Assembly (NCBI GenBank): GCA_041740515.1
Contig: JBGSLV010000036.1
Coordinates: 4,429 to 68,428, forward strand
Source: Bdellovibrionales bacterium
GTDB taxonomy: Bacteria > Bdellovibrionota > Bdellovibrionia > Bdellovibrionales > UBA1609
Length of the DNA: 64,000 bases
Direction of reading: 5' to 3'
Positions within the stretch are counted from its first letter, which is position 1; every line of letters starts with the position of its first letter. The notes below the pieces were generated by a model, which saw only the letters and a list, made by a program, of their open reading frames with translations, was not told where the DNA came from and did no database searches. The translations under genes were made by a program, and so were the position numbers. This document shows, piece by piece, positions 10,109 through 18,874 of the stretch.

Positions 10109-10762
10109 ATGATCATAAAATTTAGCTTTTTAAGATGTTTTAAGTGGGTTTTAAGCGGAGTCTTAATACAAATGACCCTAGGTATGTCCGTTTGGGCTTT
10201 AGAATCTTCTTATCAATCCACCATAACCTATGAGCACTCTGAATTCGTTGAAGCCTTATTTCCAGATTTAAAGTCGGGCGATAAAGTTAAAATTGTTTTT
10301 GATGTCCCTATGAGTTCGGCTGTTGTAGATCACGACAAAGTTTATGGCCAAACCTATGTATTGAGCTTAAATGGACCCCACACCGTGACCATATTGGTGA
10401 ACGATACAGTACGAGGTTTACCATTCACTATTGCCAACAGTGGGCGCACTTCTTCAGGCAATCATATGACAATCGTTAATCCCCAAAATTTTGCCTTGCC
10501 CCCAGACATTCGGGCTTATGAAGCAGAACTGTGGACCAATGAAGGCCCTAATTCACAAAAAATTACTTTAAGTTTAGCTAAAGATCCTTCCTTGACACCA
10601 AACACTCTGCTTCAAATTGTTTTAAATGACACAGTCAAAGTAGGGACATCGGCTGATACTACTTCTAAATTAAGCTACCAAGCTCAACCTGGGGTCCGAA
10701 GCTTATCTCCTATAATGAATACTAATAATTTATGTAAAAATTATTTAAAAAATAATAATTAA
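10109..10762 (+). CDS. secreted protein of unknown function (217 aa)
   Basis: AAGGAG RBS and an N-terminal signal sequence ending SVWA. Confidence 0.6.
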   Translation: MIIKFSFLRCFKWVLSGVLIQMTLGMSVWALESSYQSTITYEHSEFVEALFPDLKSGDKVKIVFDVPMSSAVVDHDKVYGQTYVLSLNGPHTVTILVNDTVRGLPFTIANSGRTSSGNHMTIVNPQNFALPPDIRAYEAELWTNEGPNSQKITLSLAKDPSLTPNTLLQIVLNDTVKVGTSADTTSKLSYQAQPGVRSLSPIMNTNNLCKNYLKNNN

Positions 10763-10859
10763 TTTTTATTTTCATATCATTTAAGTTTTTAAATAATAGC
10801 AACTAGTTTTTATTATTTTAATATTTTAGTTTTTTGCTATATCGCTTTCCAATTTATTT

Positions 10860-10900
10860 ATAGCTAGACCACTTTTGATAAATATTAGAGGTCTAGCTAT
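10860..10900. terminator. possible hairpin terminator between convergent genes
   Basis: Perfect 11-bp arms, ATAGCTAGACC (10860-10870) / GGTCTAGCTAT (10890-10900). The loop is 19 nt, which is large for an intrinsic terminator. Confidence 0.35.
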
Positions 10901-10923
10901 CCAGTAAATGCTTCAAATAATGA

Positions 10924-13900
10924 TTATGGGCCGTAACACAAGGGTTGATTTCCACCCACCGGGGTCCCAGAAAAGCTTCCTGTGAATTGAAAGTAACCCA
11001 TCCCGACAGAGCACTGAACAGCTCCGTTATTAACAAAATTATGCTGATGTCTGAATTGATAAGTAGAGATGTCAAATATGCCGCTTGAAATATTGAGTAC
11101 TGGAGAATAGGTGCTGGACGATGCTAATCCACCATTTCCAATCAATGAAACTCTATTTGTACTAAGGTTTTTGTTAATCCGTAAACTTACACCACGACTG
11201 CCCATATAACCTGACCCACCAGGTTCAAAATAAAGTTGCGAGTCTGCCCCACCTACTAGATTTATATCCACATCCCTAATTGCACCATAACAATCCTTCG
11301 TAGCGGGGTTCTGACAATGATAATTTATATTTCCGTAGACATTAAAGACAGCAAACGTTGGAAAATCTGATTTTATTGTTCCATTGTGAATGTCCATATC
11401 TCCTTCAATATTTACAATAGAGTCCGAAGTAAATTTAATCGAGTATTCGTCTCCGGTGGGCCCATCATTCAAATCAAGGTCGCCGGCGATATTTAGTGCA
11501 AAGTCGTTAAAAATGATCCCCGGGCCATCTATATCTATAACCATGGCAGACCTATTGTCATTGCTATTTGTAACCGAATCAAACGAAACTAAACCGTTAT
11601 TATGATCAAAGAAGCCTCCAAGATATTCAAAACCAATTGATGAGCTCTCTGTTGCAAAACTCGTATTCGACCCCTCACCAAAGCTTAAATGCTTAGGTGC
11701 TACAAAAGTTCCTTGAATAAGTCGAAACCTTCCTAATCTAAAATATCCAACAGCAGGATTGGTTGCGATCTGATTAACGCCATTAGGATTATCAATGATA
11801 AAACCTGGTGCCGCAGCACCGTCATCAAAAGTGTATGTTTGCGGAGTTCCATCATTTCGATTAAATCGTAAAAACGTATGCGCCCGAATTCCAACAATGG
11901 AAGCCCCACCTGGAATCGCAGATACATTTAGATTTGAACCTAAATCTGAGCATCTATCTGAGGCCGCGATATTGTCACATTCGAAATTCGCATTTAAACC
12001 TTGATATCTAATTTCGCCTTGTAAAAAATGACCGTCTCTCCAGTCCAGATTAGTCGATACATTGATGATTTTATTTGTTCCGTAAATATGTGTGCTAGCT
12101 AAAGCTTTTCTTCCAAAAGTAGTCCCGGTTCCATTGGAATTATTATCAATTATTAAGTTGGCCAAGTTTAATTGTTGGTCCACAGAGAAAGCAAAAACTC
12201 GAACTCCGTTTAAGTTTGTAGAAGAATTGATATGAACAGTCCCGTTATTGTGGTTAAAAACGCCGGTCGCTGAAAGTGTAAAGCCACATTCTCTGGAGTT
12301 CTTCCAGTCCCAAGCAGGTGATCCAGTTTCGCAATTACTATTATTAAAGCTGCTTCCCATAAGCAAAGTGCCGGAAGTCGATGTGAAAGCACCACCGATG
12401 ATATTTAATCGATCGACAGTTAAATTCGCATTCCCACCTTGAAATGTTCCGGCTTCCATTTCCCATTTACCAAAGTTGGGTGCTGATCCTGTAGAGCTAC
12501 GAAGACCAACCTGAAAAGTGACACCAGGATTTTGAGTGATTGTCCCTGAGTAAGTTGGTTTCATATAAACACGCCGAACCTGAGTGTTCGCATTGATATT
12601 GACATTACAATTGCCTGTAACCAGACACTCGTCGTCAAAATATGTGAACGCTGTACTTGGTGGGATTGCATTCACTCTCCAGTTGGACGGCGTGGTCCAA
12701 AGACCATCGCCAGCAGTTCCTAACCATGTATAATCTGGAATAGCTATTCGTAAAAACATCACCCTTTGTATCGTCCCAATCCCATCGGAGATTGTGATAG
12801 TATAATTTTGTCCAACGTCATCACTGACCGTAGGAGTACCTGAAATCAATCCTGTTCCCGCATTTATAGTCAGGCCTGCAGGTAAGGAAGGTGAAATTGA
12901 AAAGTTTGTTGGCGCTCCAGCAACCACCGTCGCTGCCACACCTGCAGAGGGATCATTAAGTGGCGTGTATTTTGGTCCCGTAAATGTCCCAGGATAAGTG
13001 ACATTTAAATTTGTGTAATTGATTGTAATGCCAACTGAGCCTGATGGATTTAAAGCTTGGTCTATTTGATTGACGTTGACTACTTTAACTCCGAATGCTG
13101 CCGTTAAAGTAATTGCTCTTGAGTAAGCACTTGCTACACAAGTTGTAGCGACTGGAGACCCAACAATGTCACCACTGATATTCACCGTCGCCCCCGTTTC
13201 ACAGGCACCAGAAACTGTTTGGCTTACAGATGAAACGGTAAGGTTATTTGTAGGCGCTACAACAGTAGGTGTGCTTGGAGCTATAGTGTCTAAAGTTAAA
13301 CTGATGTTTGTTGCTGATGAAGTATTTCCTGCAGGATCAGTTTGTGTTGCACTAATTGATTTTAATCCTTGCGACGAAATTAATGTTATATTCACAACAG
13401 TATACGAAGACGAGGAACACGGAGCAATGACCGGTGATTCAGAAAAGTCTCCACTGACGTTCACAATAGCACCACTCTCGCAAGAGCCGGTTACACTTTG
13501 AAAAATGGTGTTGGTGAATGAACCGTTAACTGGTGCAGTTATTGTTGGTGCACTTGGTGCAGTTGTGTCTAAGGTGACAGTGATATTTGTGGCTAAAGAC
13601 GTGTTGCCTGCCAAATCGGTTTGTGTGGCACTGATAGCTTTACTGCCTTGGGATGCGGCCAACGTGATCGCTCGTGTATAAGCATTTGCTACGCACGCTG
13701 CTGTGAGTGGTGATCCTGTAAAGTCTCCGGTTAAATTTACAGTCGCGCCCGATTCACAAGATCCTGTTACTGTCTGTGCCGTAGTATTGGTAAGCGATCC
13801 ATTAGCTGGAGTAGTTATGGTGGGTGCTGTTGGTGCTACTGAATCAAAAGTGATATTTATATTTGTAGCCACTGATGTGTTTCCAGATGGATCTGTCTGT

Positions 13901-16419
13901 GTGGCACTGATGGCTTTACTTCCTTGAGCGACTGTCAACGTGATCCCTCGTGAATAAAGTGATGCCACACAAGTGGCTGTCAGCGGTGATCCGGCAAAGT
14001 CCCCGCTTAAGTTTACAGTGGCTCCCGTTTCACATGCTCCAGTTACTGTTTGTGCCGAGATGTTGGTTACGGCTCCGTTCGCCGGCGTTGCTATCGTTGG
14101 TGAACCTGGGGCCACAGCATCAAACGTAACGGTTATATTCGTAGCCACAGATGTGTTTCCCGAAGGATCTGTTTGAGTCACATTGATGGATTTACTTCCC
14201 TGAGATGCTGTCAGAGTGATGGCTCGGGAATACCAAGCCGCTGCACACAACTCGGTCAGAGGCGATCCGACAAAGTCCCCGCTTAAGTTTACTGTGGATC
14301 CGGTCTCACATGCTCCCGTCACCGTTTGAGCTGTGGTGTTGGTAAAAGCACCACTCACTGGTGTAAGTATTGTCGGTGCACTTGGGGCGGCTGTATCTAA
14401 AGTGAATGAAATATTGGTCGAAAGGGAAATGTTTCCAGCTATATCCGTTTGAATTGCACTTAAAGCTTTGGAACCATCACCCGCTGATAAGACTACTAAT
14501 CTGGAAAAAGCCGAAGCCACACAAGTAGTGGTTTGAGGAGAAGTCACGATATCCCCTGAAATGCTAACAATTGCCCCGGTCTCACAGGCACCAGTTACCA
14601 CTTGAGATGTATTGTTGGTTAAACTTCCATTTGCAGGCGACGTTATGGTTGGTGCTCCAGGTAAAGTTGAATCTAAAGTGATACTGATGTTTGTGACTAA
14701 AGAGGTGTTACCCGCCAAATCCGTTTGTGTGGCACTGATGGCTTTACTGCCTTCTGATGCGGTCAATGTGATGGCTCGTGAATAAAGGGATGCAACACAC
14801 GAAGCTGTCAGTGGCGATCCTGTAAAGTCTCCGCTTAAGTTTACAGTGGCCCCCGTTTCACAAGCGCCGTTGACTGTTTGCGAAGTGGTGTTAGTAAAAG
14901 ACCCATTTGCAGGAGCTGTGATACTTGGAGCTAACGGATCCACAGAGTCTAAAGTCACACTGATGTTTGTTGCACTTGAAATGTTTCCAGCTAAATCTGT
15001 TTGTGTGGCACTAATAGATTTACTTCCTTGAGCTGCGGTCAAAGTGATGGCTTGAGAGTATGCGTTGGTCACACACGCAGCTGTGATTGGTGATCCTGTA
15101 AAAGCTCCACTTAAATTTACTGTGGCCCCTGTTTCACAAGCGCCTGTTACAGTTTGGGTTGTGGTATTTGTTAATGCTCCGTTTGATGGTGTCACAACTG
15201 TTGGTGCACTTGGTGCGATAGTGTCTAAAGTCACGTTGATATTGGTAGTCACCGAAGTGTTACCAGCTAAATCTGTCTGTGTGGCACTGATCGATTTACT
15301 TCCTTGAGCAACTGATAGCGTGATAGCTCGTGAATAAGCATTCGCTACGCAAGAAGCTGTCAAAGGCGACCCCGTAAAATCACCGCTTAAATTAACTGTG
15401 GCACCAGTTTCACATGCACCAGTTACAGTTTGTGACGTGATGTTTGTAAATGAATTATTTACTGGTGTTAAGATCGTTGGAACCGAAGGAATAACATCAT
15501 CTAAAGTTATATTTAATAGGGAAGTTGGCGAAGTTCCAACACCATTGGTTTGTGAAACGTTAATAGCTTTTAAACCGTTTAATGCTGTTAAAGTCACACC
15601 TAAACTATAAGTATTTAACACACAAGCGGTAGTGACCGGAGCCCCAACTACGTCACCAAAAATATTCACTGTTGCTCCAGACTCACAAGCACCCGAAATA
15701 GTTTGTGCAACTAAGGAAGTAATTAGTCCTGCTGAAGGAGTTAGAATTGTGGGCATCAAAGGTAAAATCCCAAGACTCACACTAATTGCATCAGCTGCAG
15801 AGGTATTTCCAACAGAGTCAGTTTGTGTAGCTGAAATATTTTTAGCGCCATTACCTAATACCAAAGAAGTTGGAGTCGAAAAAGCCCCTGCCACACAAGA
15901 AACTAAGATAGTCGAACCTTCGATATCACCAAAAACACTGACTGTAGTTCCTGTTTCGCATGTACCCGAAACTGTAATTGGTGTTGAGTTAAATGAAGCG
16001 CCATTGATTGGATTTAAAATTACGGGAACTGTAGGTACAATAGTGTCTTTTAAAACTTGAATTGAAGCGCTAGCGGTCAAAAGCGCTTGAGTCGCAGATA
16101 TAGAAGTTAAACCTTCTGGCAATCCCGCAGTACTTAAATCCACTGCGCCACTAAACAATCCATTCACGCATGGAAAAGTTTGTGACACCAAACTTGGTAT
16201 TCCCACATTCACAGTCACGTCATTGTATTGGGGCACACACCGGCCTGAAACAGGATAGGTTACAACATTACTTGCAGTAATGTTTGGTAAAGACTGAAAA
16301 GATAAATCAAAACCTTTGATGCTAGAATTTTCTAGGCTTGAAACAATTTCGCCGCAACCTGTGGTTAGAAAAAGTGTTGCGATCGTGTAAACTGAGAGTA
16401 AAAAAAACTTGAAAAACAT
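10924..16419 (-). CDS. giant surface lipoprotein (1831 aa): 11 tandem two-Cys Ig-like repeats, a cadherin-like Ig domain and a C-terminal beta-helix-like region
   Basis: Start moved to ATG 16419 (MFFKFFLLSVYTIATLFLTTGC, lipobox-like). Repeats of about 92 aa follow the pattern P.AP.I..P.NG..TN...Q.V.G.CE.GA.V...GDF.GSP...C....YS..I.L....G.K.ISATQTD.AGN.S. Next comes FSISPSLPAGLTINAGTGLISGTP, then DYTWLGTAGDGLWTTPSNWR, which resembles autotransporter-associated beta-strand (PATR) repeats. Confidence 0.85.
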   Translation of the reverse strand: MFFKFFLLSVYTIATLFLTTGCGEIVSSLENSSIKGFDLSFQSLPNITASNVVTYPVSGRCVPQYNDVTVNVGIPSLVSQTFPCVNGLFSGAVDLSTAGLPEGLTSISATQALLTASASIQVLKDTIVPTVPVILNPINGASFNSTPITVSGTCETGTTVSVFGDIEGSTILVSCVAGAFSTPTSLVLGNGAKNISATQTDSVGNTSAADAISVSLGILPLMPTILTPSAGLITSLVAQTISGACESGATVNIFGDVVGAPVTTACVLNTYSLGVTLTALNGLKAINVSQTNGVGTSPTSLLNITLDDVIPSVPTILTPVNNSFTNITSQTVTGACETGATVNLSGDFTGSPLTASCVANAYSRAITLSVAQGSKSISATQTDLAGNTSVTTNINVTLDTIAPSAPTVVTPSNGALTNTTTQTVTGACETGATVNLSGAFTGSPITAACVTNAYSQAITLTAAQGSKSISATQTDLAGNISSATNISVTLDSVDPLAPSITAPANGSFTNTTSQTVNGACETGATVNLSGDFTGSPLTASCVASLYSRAITLTASEGSKAISATQTDLAGNTSLVTNISITLDSTLPGAPTITSPANGSLTNNTSQVVTGACETGAIVSISGDIVTSPQTTTCVASAFSRLVVLSAGDGSKALSAIQTDIAGNISLSTNISFTLDTAAPSAPTILTPVSGAFTNTTAQTVTGACETGSTVNLSGDFVGSPLTELCAAAWYSRAITLTASQGSKSINVTQTDPSGNTSVATNITVTFDAVAPGSPTIATPANGAVTNISAQTVTGACETGATVNLSGDFAGSPLTATCVASLYSRGITLTVAQGSKAISATQTDPSGNTSVATNINITFDSVAPTAPTITTPANGSLTNTTAQTVTGSCESGATVNLTGDFTGSPLTAACVANAYTRAITLAASQGSKAISATQTDLAGNTSLATNITVTLDTTAPSAPTITAPVNGSFTNTIFQSVTGSCESGAIVNVSGDFSESPVIAPCSSSSYTVVNITLISSQGLKSISATQTDPAGNTSSATNISLTLDTIAPSTPTVVAPTNNLTVSSVSQTVSGACETGATVNISGDIVGSPVATTCVASAYSRAITLTAAFGVKVVNVNQIDQALNPSGSVGITINYTNLNVTYPGTFTGPKYTPLNDPSAGVAATVVAGAPTNFSISPSLPAGLTINAGTGLISGTPTVSDDVGQNYTITISDGIGTIQRVMFLRIAIPDYTWLGTAGDGLWTTPSNWRVNAIPPSTAFTYFDDECLVTGNCNVNINANTQVRRVYMKPTYSGTITQNPGVTFQVGLRSSTGSAPNFGKWEMEAGTFQGGNANLTVDRLNIIGGAFTSTSGTLLMGSSFNNSNCETGSPAWDWKNSRECGFTLSATGVFNHNNGTVHINSSTNLNGVRVFAFSVDQQLNLANLIIDNNSNGTGTTFGRKALASTHIYGTNKIINVSTNLDWRDGHFLQGEIRYQGLNANFECDNIAASDRCSDLGSNLNVSAIPGGASIVGIRAHTFLRFNRNDGTPQTYTFDDGAAAPGFIIDNPNGVNQIATNPAVGYFRLGRFRLIQGTFVAPKHLSFGEGSNTSFATESSSIGFEYLGGFFDHNNGLVSFDSVTNSNDNRSAMVIDIDGPGIIFNDFALNIAGDLDLNDGPTGDEYSIKFTSDSIVNIEGDMDIHNGTIKSDFPTFAVFNVYGNINYHCQNPATKDCYGAIRDVDINLVGGADSQLYFEPGGSGYMGSRGVSLRINKNLSTNRVSLIGNGGLASSSTYSPVLNISSGIFDISTYQFRHQHNFVNNGAVQCSVGMGYFQFTGSFSGTPVGGNQPLCYGP
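13020..16050 (-). repeat. intragenic tandem repeat array, about 11 units of about 276 bp
   Basis: Long blocks recur at about 276-bp spacing at nucleotide level (e.g. ...gtttcacaagcgcc..gttac.gt.tg...). This produces a ladder of plus-strand shadow ORFs that all begin M.PVSQAP.TV. Confidence 0.85.
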
Positions 16420-16812
16420 ATTGTATATATCGGAATTGATTAACGTAAAGTTTATTAAACCATTGAAATTTAAAACTATTTTCTTACAAACCCAGTAACG
16501 CAACAATGTAATTTTATTTTCGCCCATCTTAGCCTGAAGTCGCACTTTAATACGTCAAAAACAAAAGAAGAAAACAAGATATCAAAGCTTTTGTCTCATA
16601 TTTATACGTTCTTTTAAATTTACATAAACCTTAGACATCAATCCTTGGTAGATCTAGGTCTTCTAAAGAGTATAAAGCTTGGTTTGAAAAACTACGATAA
16701 ACCGATTATAGTTGGTTTTAGGTAGATGCCTAAACAGTCTCATTTCTATTTTGAAAGTTCAAAGTAGATTCAAAAAAAACTAACCCATTGGTAATTATGG
16801 CTAAACGAAAAA

Positions 16813-17832
16813 ATGCACAAAACCATGTTTAAAGTTGAATATTATAGAGAAGACTGGGTTGAATGTCCTGAACTCGTTTATGCTGTTTTTAATTCAGATT
16901 TTGACAAAGTTCAAAATCTACTTAAAACTGAATCAGTGGACCAACAGGATCAGAAAGGACGATCAGCATTTGAGTGGTCCTTAGAAATATCAATTCAACA
17001 CAATCCACCAATTTTACAAAAAAAAATATTGAGTTTACTTTTAGCCAAAAAGCCCAACCCATTTTTAAATTCGAAATCTGAAGTCGGTTGTTTTGAATAT
17101 ATTTACAAAGGCCATAAAGCTGAAATCACGAAGCTACTTTTAAACTCTTTTGATTCCAAGAATCTACTAAATTTAAAACAAAAATCTGAACTAGCTACTA
17201 AAGCATTACATCGTGGTAACTTTGAAGCTTATCAAGTTTTGATTCAAGCTTGGGGTGTTAAAAATTTATACTCAGCTCCATTTCAGACAACGGACTTACA
17301 TCTCGCCTGCCAATTCGGTTCCTACCTTGCAGCTTCTAAAGCTCTAGATACTATTAATGATGTAAATTTATTAAATGAACTTGGACAAACACCTTTAGAT
17401 CTAATCACGTTAACAAAAAAAGGTAGCCAAAGCGATAAAAAGTTAATCCAAGACTTACTAAAAAAGCAAGGTGGAGTCTTAAATTATTTAACAGCAACTG
17501 AGTATATTGAACTGCCGATATACACAAAAATGAATCATCAAAACTATTTGAATGGAGCTATTAATGTTAAACATCCTAGCACTTGGTTCATTAAAAATAT
17601 TTTCACCCTTTCTGAAACTGAAGCTATCCTAATTATAGAAAGTGAAAAAAATATTGATCAAAAAGATCTTTTGAATGGGACAGCATTATATTGGTCTGTA
17701 TATAAACACTGCTTACAATCAGACAACACCAAAGTCATAAACAAATTACTTGAACGAGGTGCCGATCCAAATATCGTCCACCATTTTATGGGTTCAATTC
17801 AAGACCTAAAAATGCATTTTAATCGATTTTAA
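16813..17832 (+). CDS. ankyrin-repeat protein
   Basis: Ankyrin-like signatures: DQKGRSAFEWSL, TTDLHLACQFGSYLAASKAL, NELGQTPLDL, NGTALYWSV....VINKLLERGADPN. Confidence 0.75.
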   Translation: MHKTMFKVEYYREDWVECPELVYAVFNSDFDKVQNLLKTESVDQQDQKGRSAFEWSLEISIQHNPPILQKKILSLLLAKKPNPFLNSKSEVGCFEYIYKGHKAEITKLLLNSFDSKNLLNLKQKSELATKALHRGNFEAYQVLIQAWGVKNLYSAPFQTTDLHLACQFGSYLAASKALDTINDVNLLNELGQTPLDLITLTKKGSQSDKKLIQDLLKKQGGVLNYLTATEYIELPIYTKMNHQNYLNGAINVKHPSTWFIKNIFTLSETEAILIIESEKNIDQKDLLNGTALYWSVYKHCLQSDNTKVINKLLERGADPNIVHHFMGSIQDLKMHFNRF

Positions 17833-17903
17833 ATACTTATTCGTTTTAAACCAGACCAAACAGGTTAATCATACCAAAGGCGACTTTAGAAAGGTAACTT
17901 TCC

Positions 17904-18800
17904 TTAGAGGCTATTTAAAAATTGATTAAGCTCGGTCCAGTAGATAGGAAAAGTGGCCAAGTCATCATGGGTACCTTTAGGAATCTTAACCAATGTGATA
18001 TTTTGATTAAGCCCTTTTAGTCTTAAAGCATGATCAATAGGAATCAAAGCGTCTTCTACACCATGAACTATAAAAATAGGCGCTCTGACATCAGAGACTA
18101 TCAAATCCGAACGAAAAGGATATTTGAGTAAAAAAGCTGGAACAAAAGGATATTGCGCGAGAGCTAAGTCCCTTATACTAAAATAAGGAGTTTCAAGAAT
18201 TATAGCGTCTATGGCTTTTTTAAATTTAAACGGAAAATTTAAAGCTTTCGGTGGATTTAAGGGGTCTTCGATTTTTTGACTTTGTTCATAATAATAAGCT
18301 AACCCAAGTGCCAAACCAGAACCTAAGGATCTGCCTAAAACAACAATTTTTTTAAAATCGTAGGCGGAGGCTTCATTCAAAGCATGTCTAGCAATGAGTT
18401 CCAACTGCTCTTGGGATTTAATGTCACCTTCACTTTTACCATACCCAGGGTAATCAATAATGAAGACATCCCAACCTGTTTTTTTAACAAGCTCTACGGC
18501 GCTTAAAGCACACTGGCTAAGCTCACATCCATTGCCATGAAAATATAAAATTAATCCTTTAGGATCTAGAGTTTTAAAATACAAACTATGAATTCTAAGA
18601 TCTTTAACTTGAAAAAATTTTTCTTCAAAAGGGATATCAAAAGAGTAGGCAAAATCTTGGGTCATTTTTTTGGGAAAAAACATAAATTTTTCCTGCAAAA
18701 AATACATCGTAATAAGTAAGGAAAGATACAGAAACAGGAATAAAAAAACTAAATTTTTAAAAAATTTTTTAACTCTCAATCTAAGCTTTTTTAATATCAT
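17904..18800 (-). CDS. membrane-anchored alpha/beta hydrolase (ABHD/BEM46-like serine hydrolase)
   Basis: N-terminal TM helix, HGNG oxyanion motif, nucleophile elbow GRSLGSG, and later VHGVEDALIP and GTHDD. Confidence 0.8.
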   Translation of the reverse strand: MILKKLRLRVKKFFKNLVFLFLFLYLSLLITMYFLQEKFMFFPKKMTQDFAYSFDIPFEEKFFQVKDLRIHSLYFKTLDPKGLILYFHGNGCELSQCALSAVELVKKTGWDVFIIDYPGYGKSEGDIKSQEQLELIARHALNEASAYDFKKIVVLGRSLGSGLALGLAYYYEQSQKIEDPLNPPKALNFPFKFKKAIDAIILETPYFSIRDLALAQYPFVPAFLLKYPFRSDLIVSDVRAPIFIVHGVEDALIPIDHALRLKGLNQNITLVKIPKGTHDDLATFPIYWTELNQFLNSL

Positions 18801-18874
18801 ACAATTACGTTATATATTTTTTTTTAAAAGTCATACCGCATTGGTATTAAGCTCTAAATATTTTTTAAACTTGC

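Noticed and set aside
13166-16060. Series of plus-strand ORFs (60-142 aa) with recurring sequence M.PVSQAP.TV..., antisense to the giant repeat gene
   Set aside because: They are shadow frames created by the 276-bp tandem repeat and biased codon usage of the minus-strand gene. They repeat with the same period and have no RBS or independent signals.
16420-16545. N-terminal extensions offered by the ORF track (16545 here, and likewise 60696 for the NHL-like lipoprotein, 22468 for the TonB-dependent receptor, 4281 for the DUF1566 protein and 62079 for the OM-barrel protein)
   Set aside because: In each case an internal ATG directly precedes a proper signal or lipoprotein peptide. For most there is also an SD-like sequence (60591, 4212) or an ATGA coupling overlap (22435). 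The extensions encode non-signal, Cys/Lys-rich junk.
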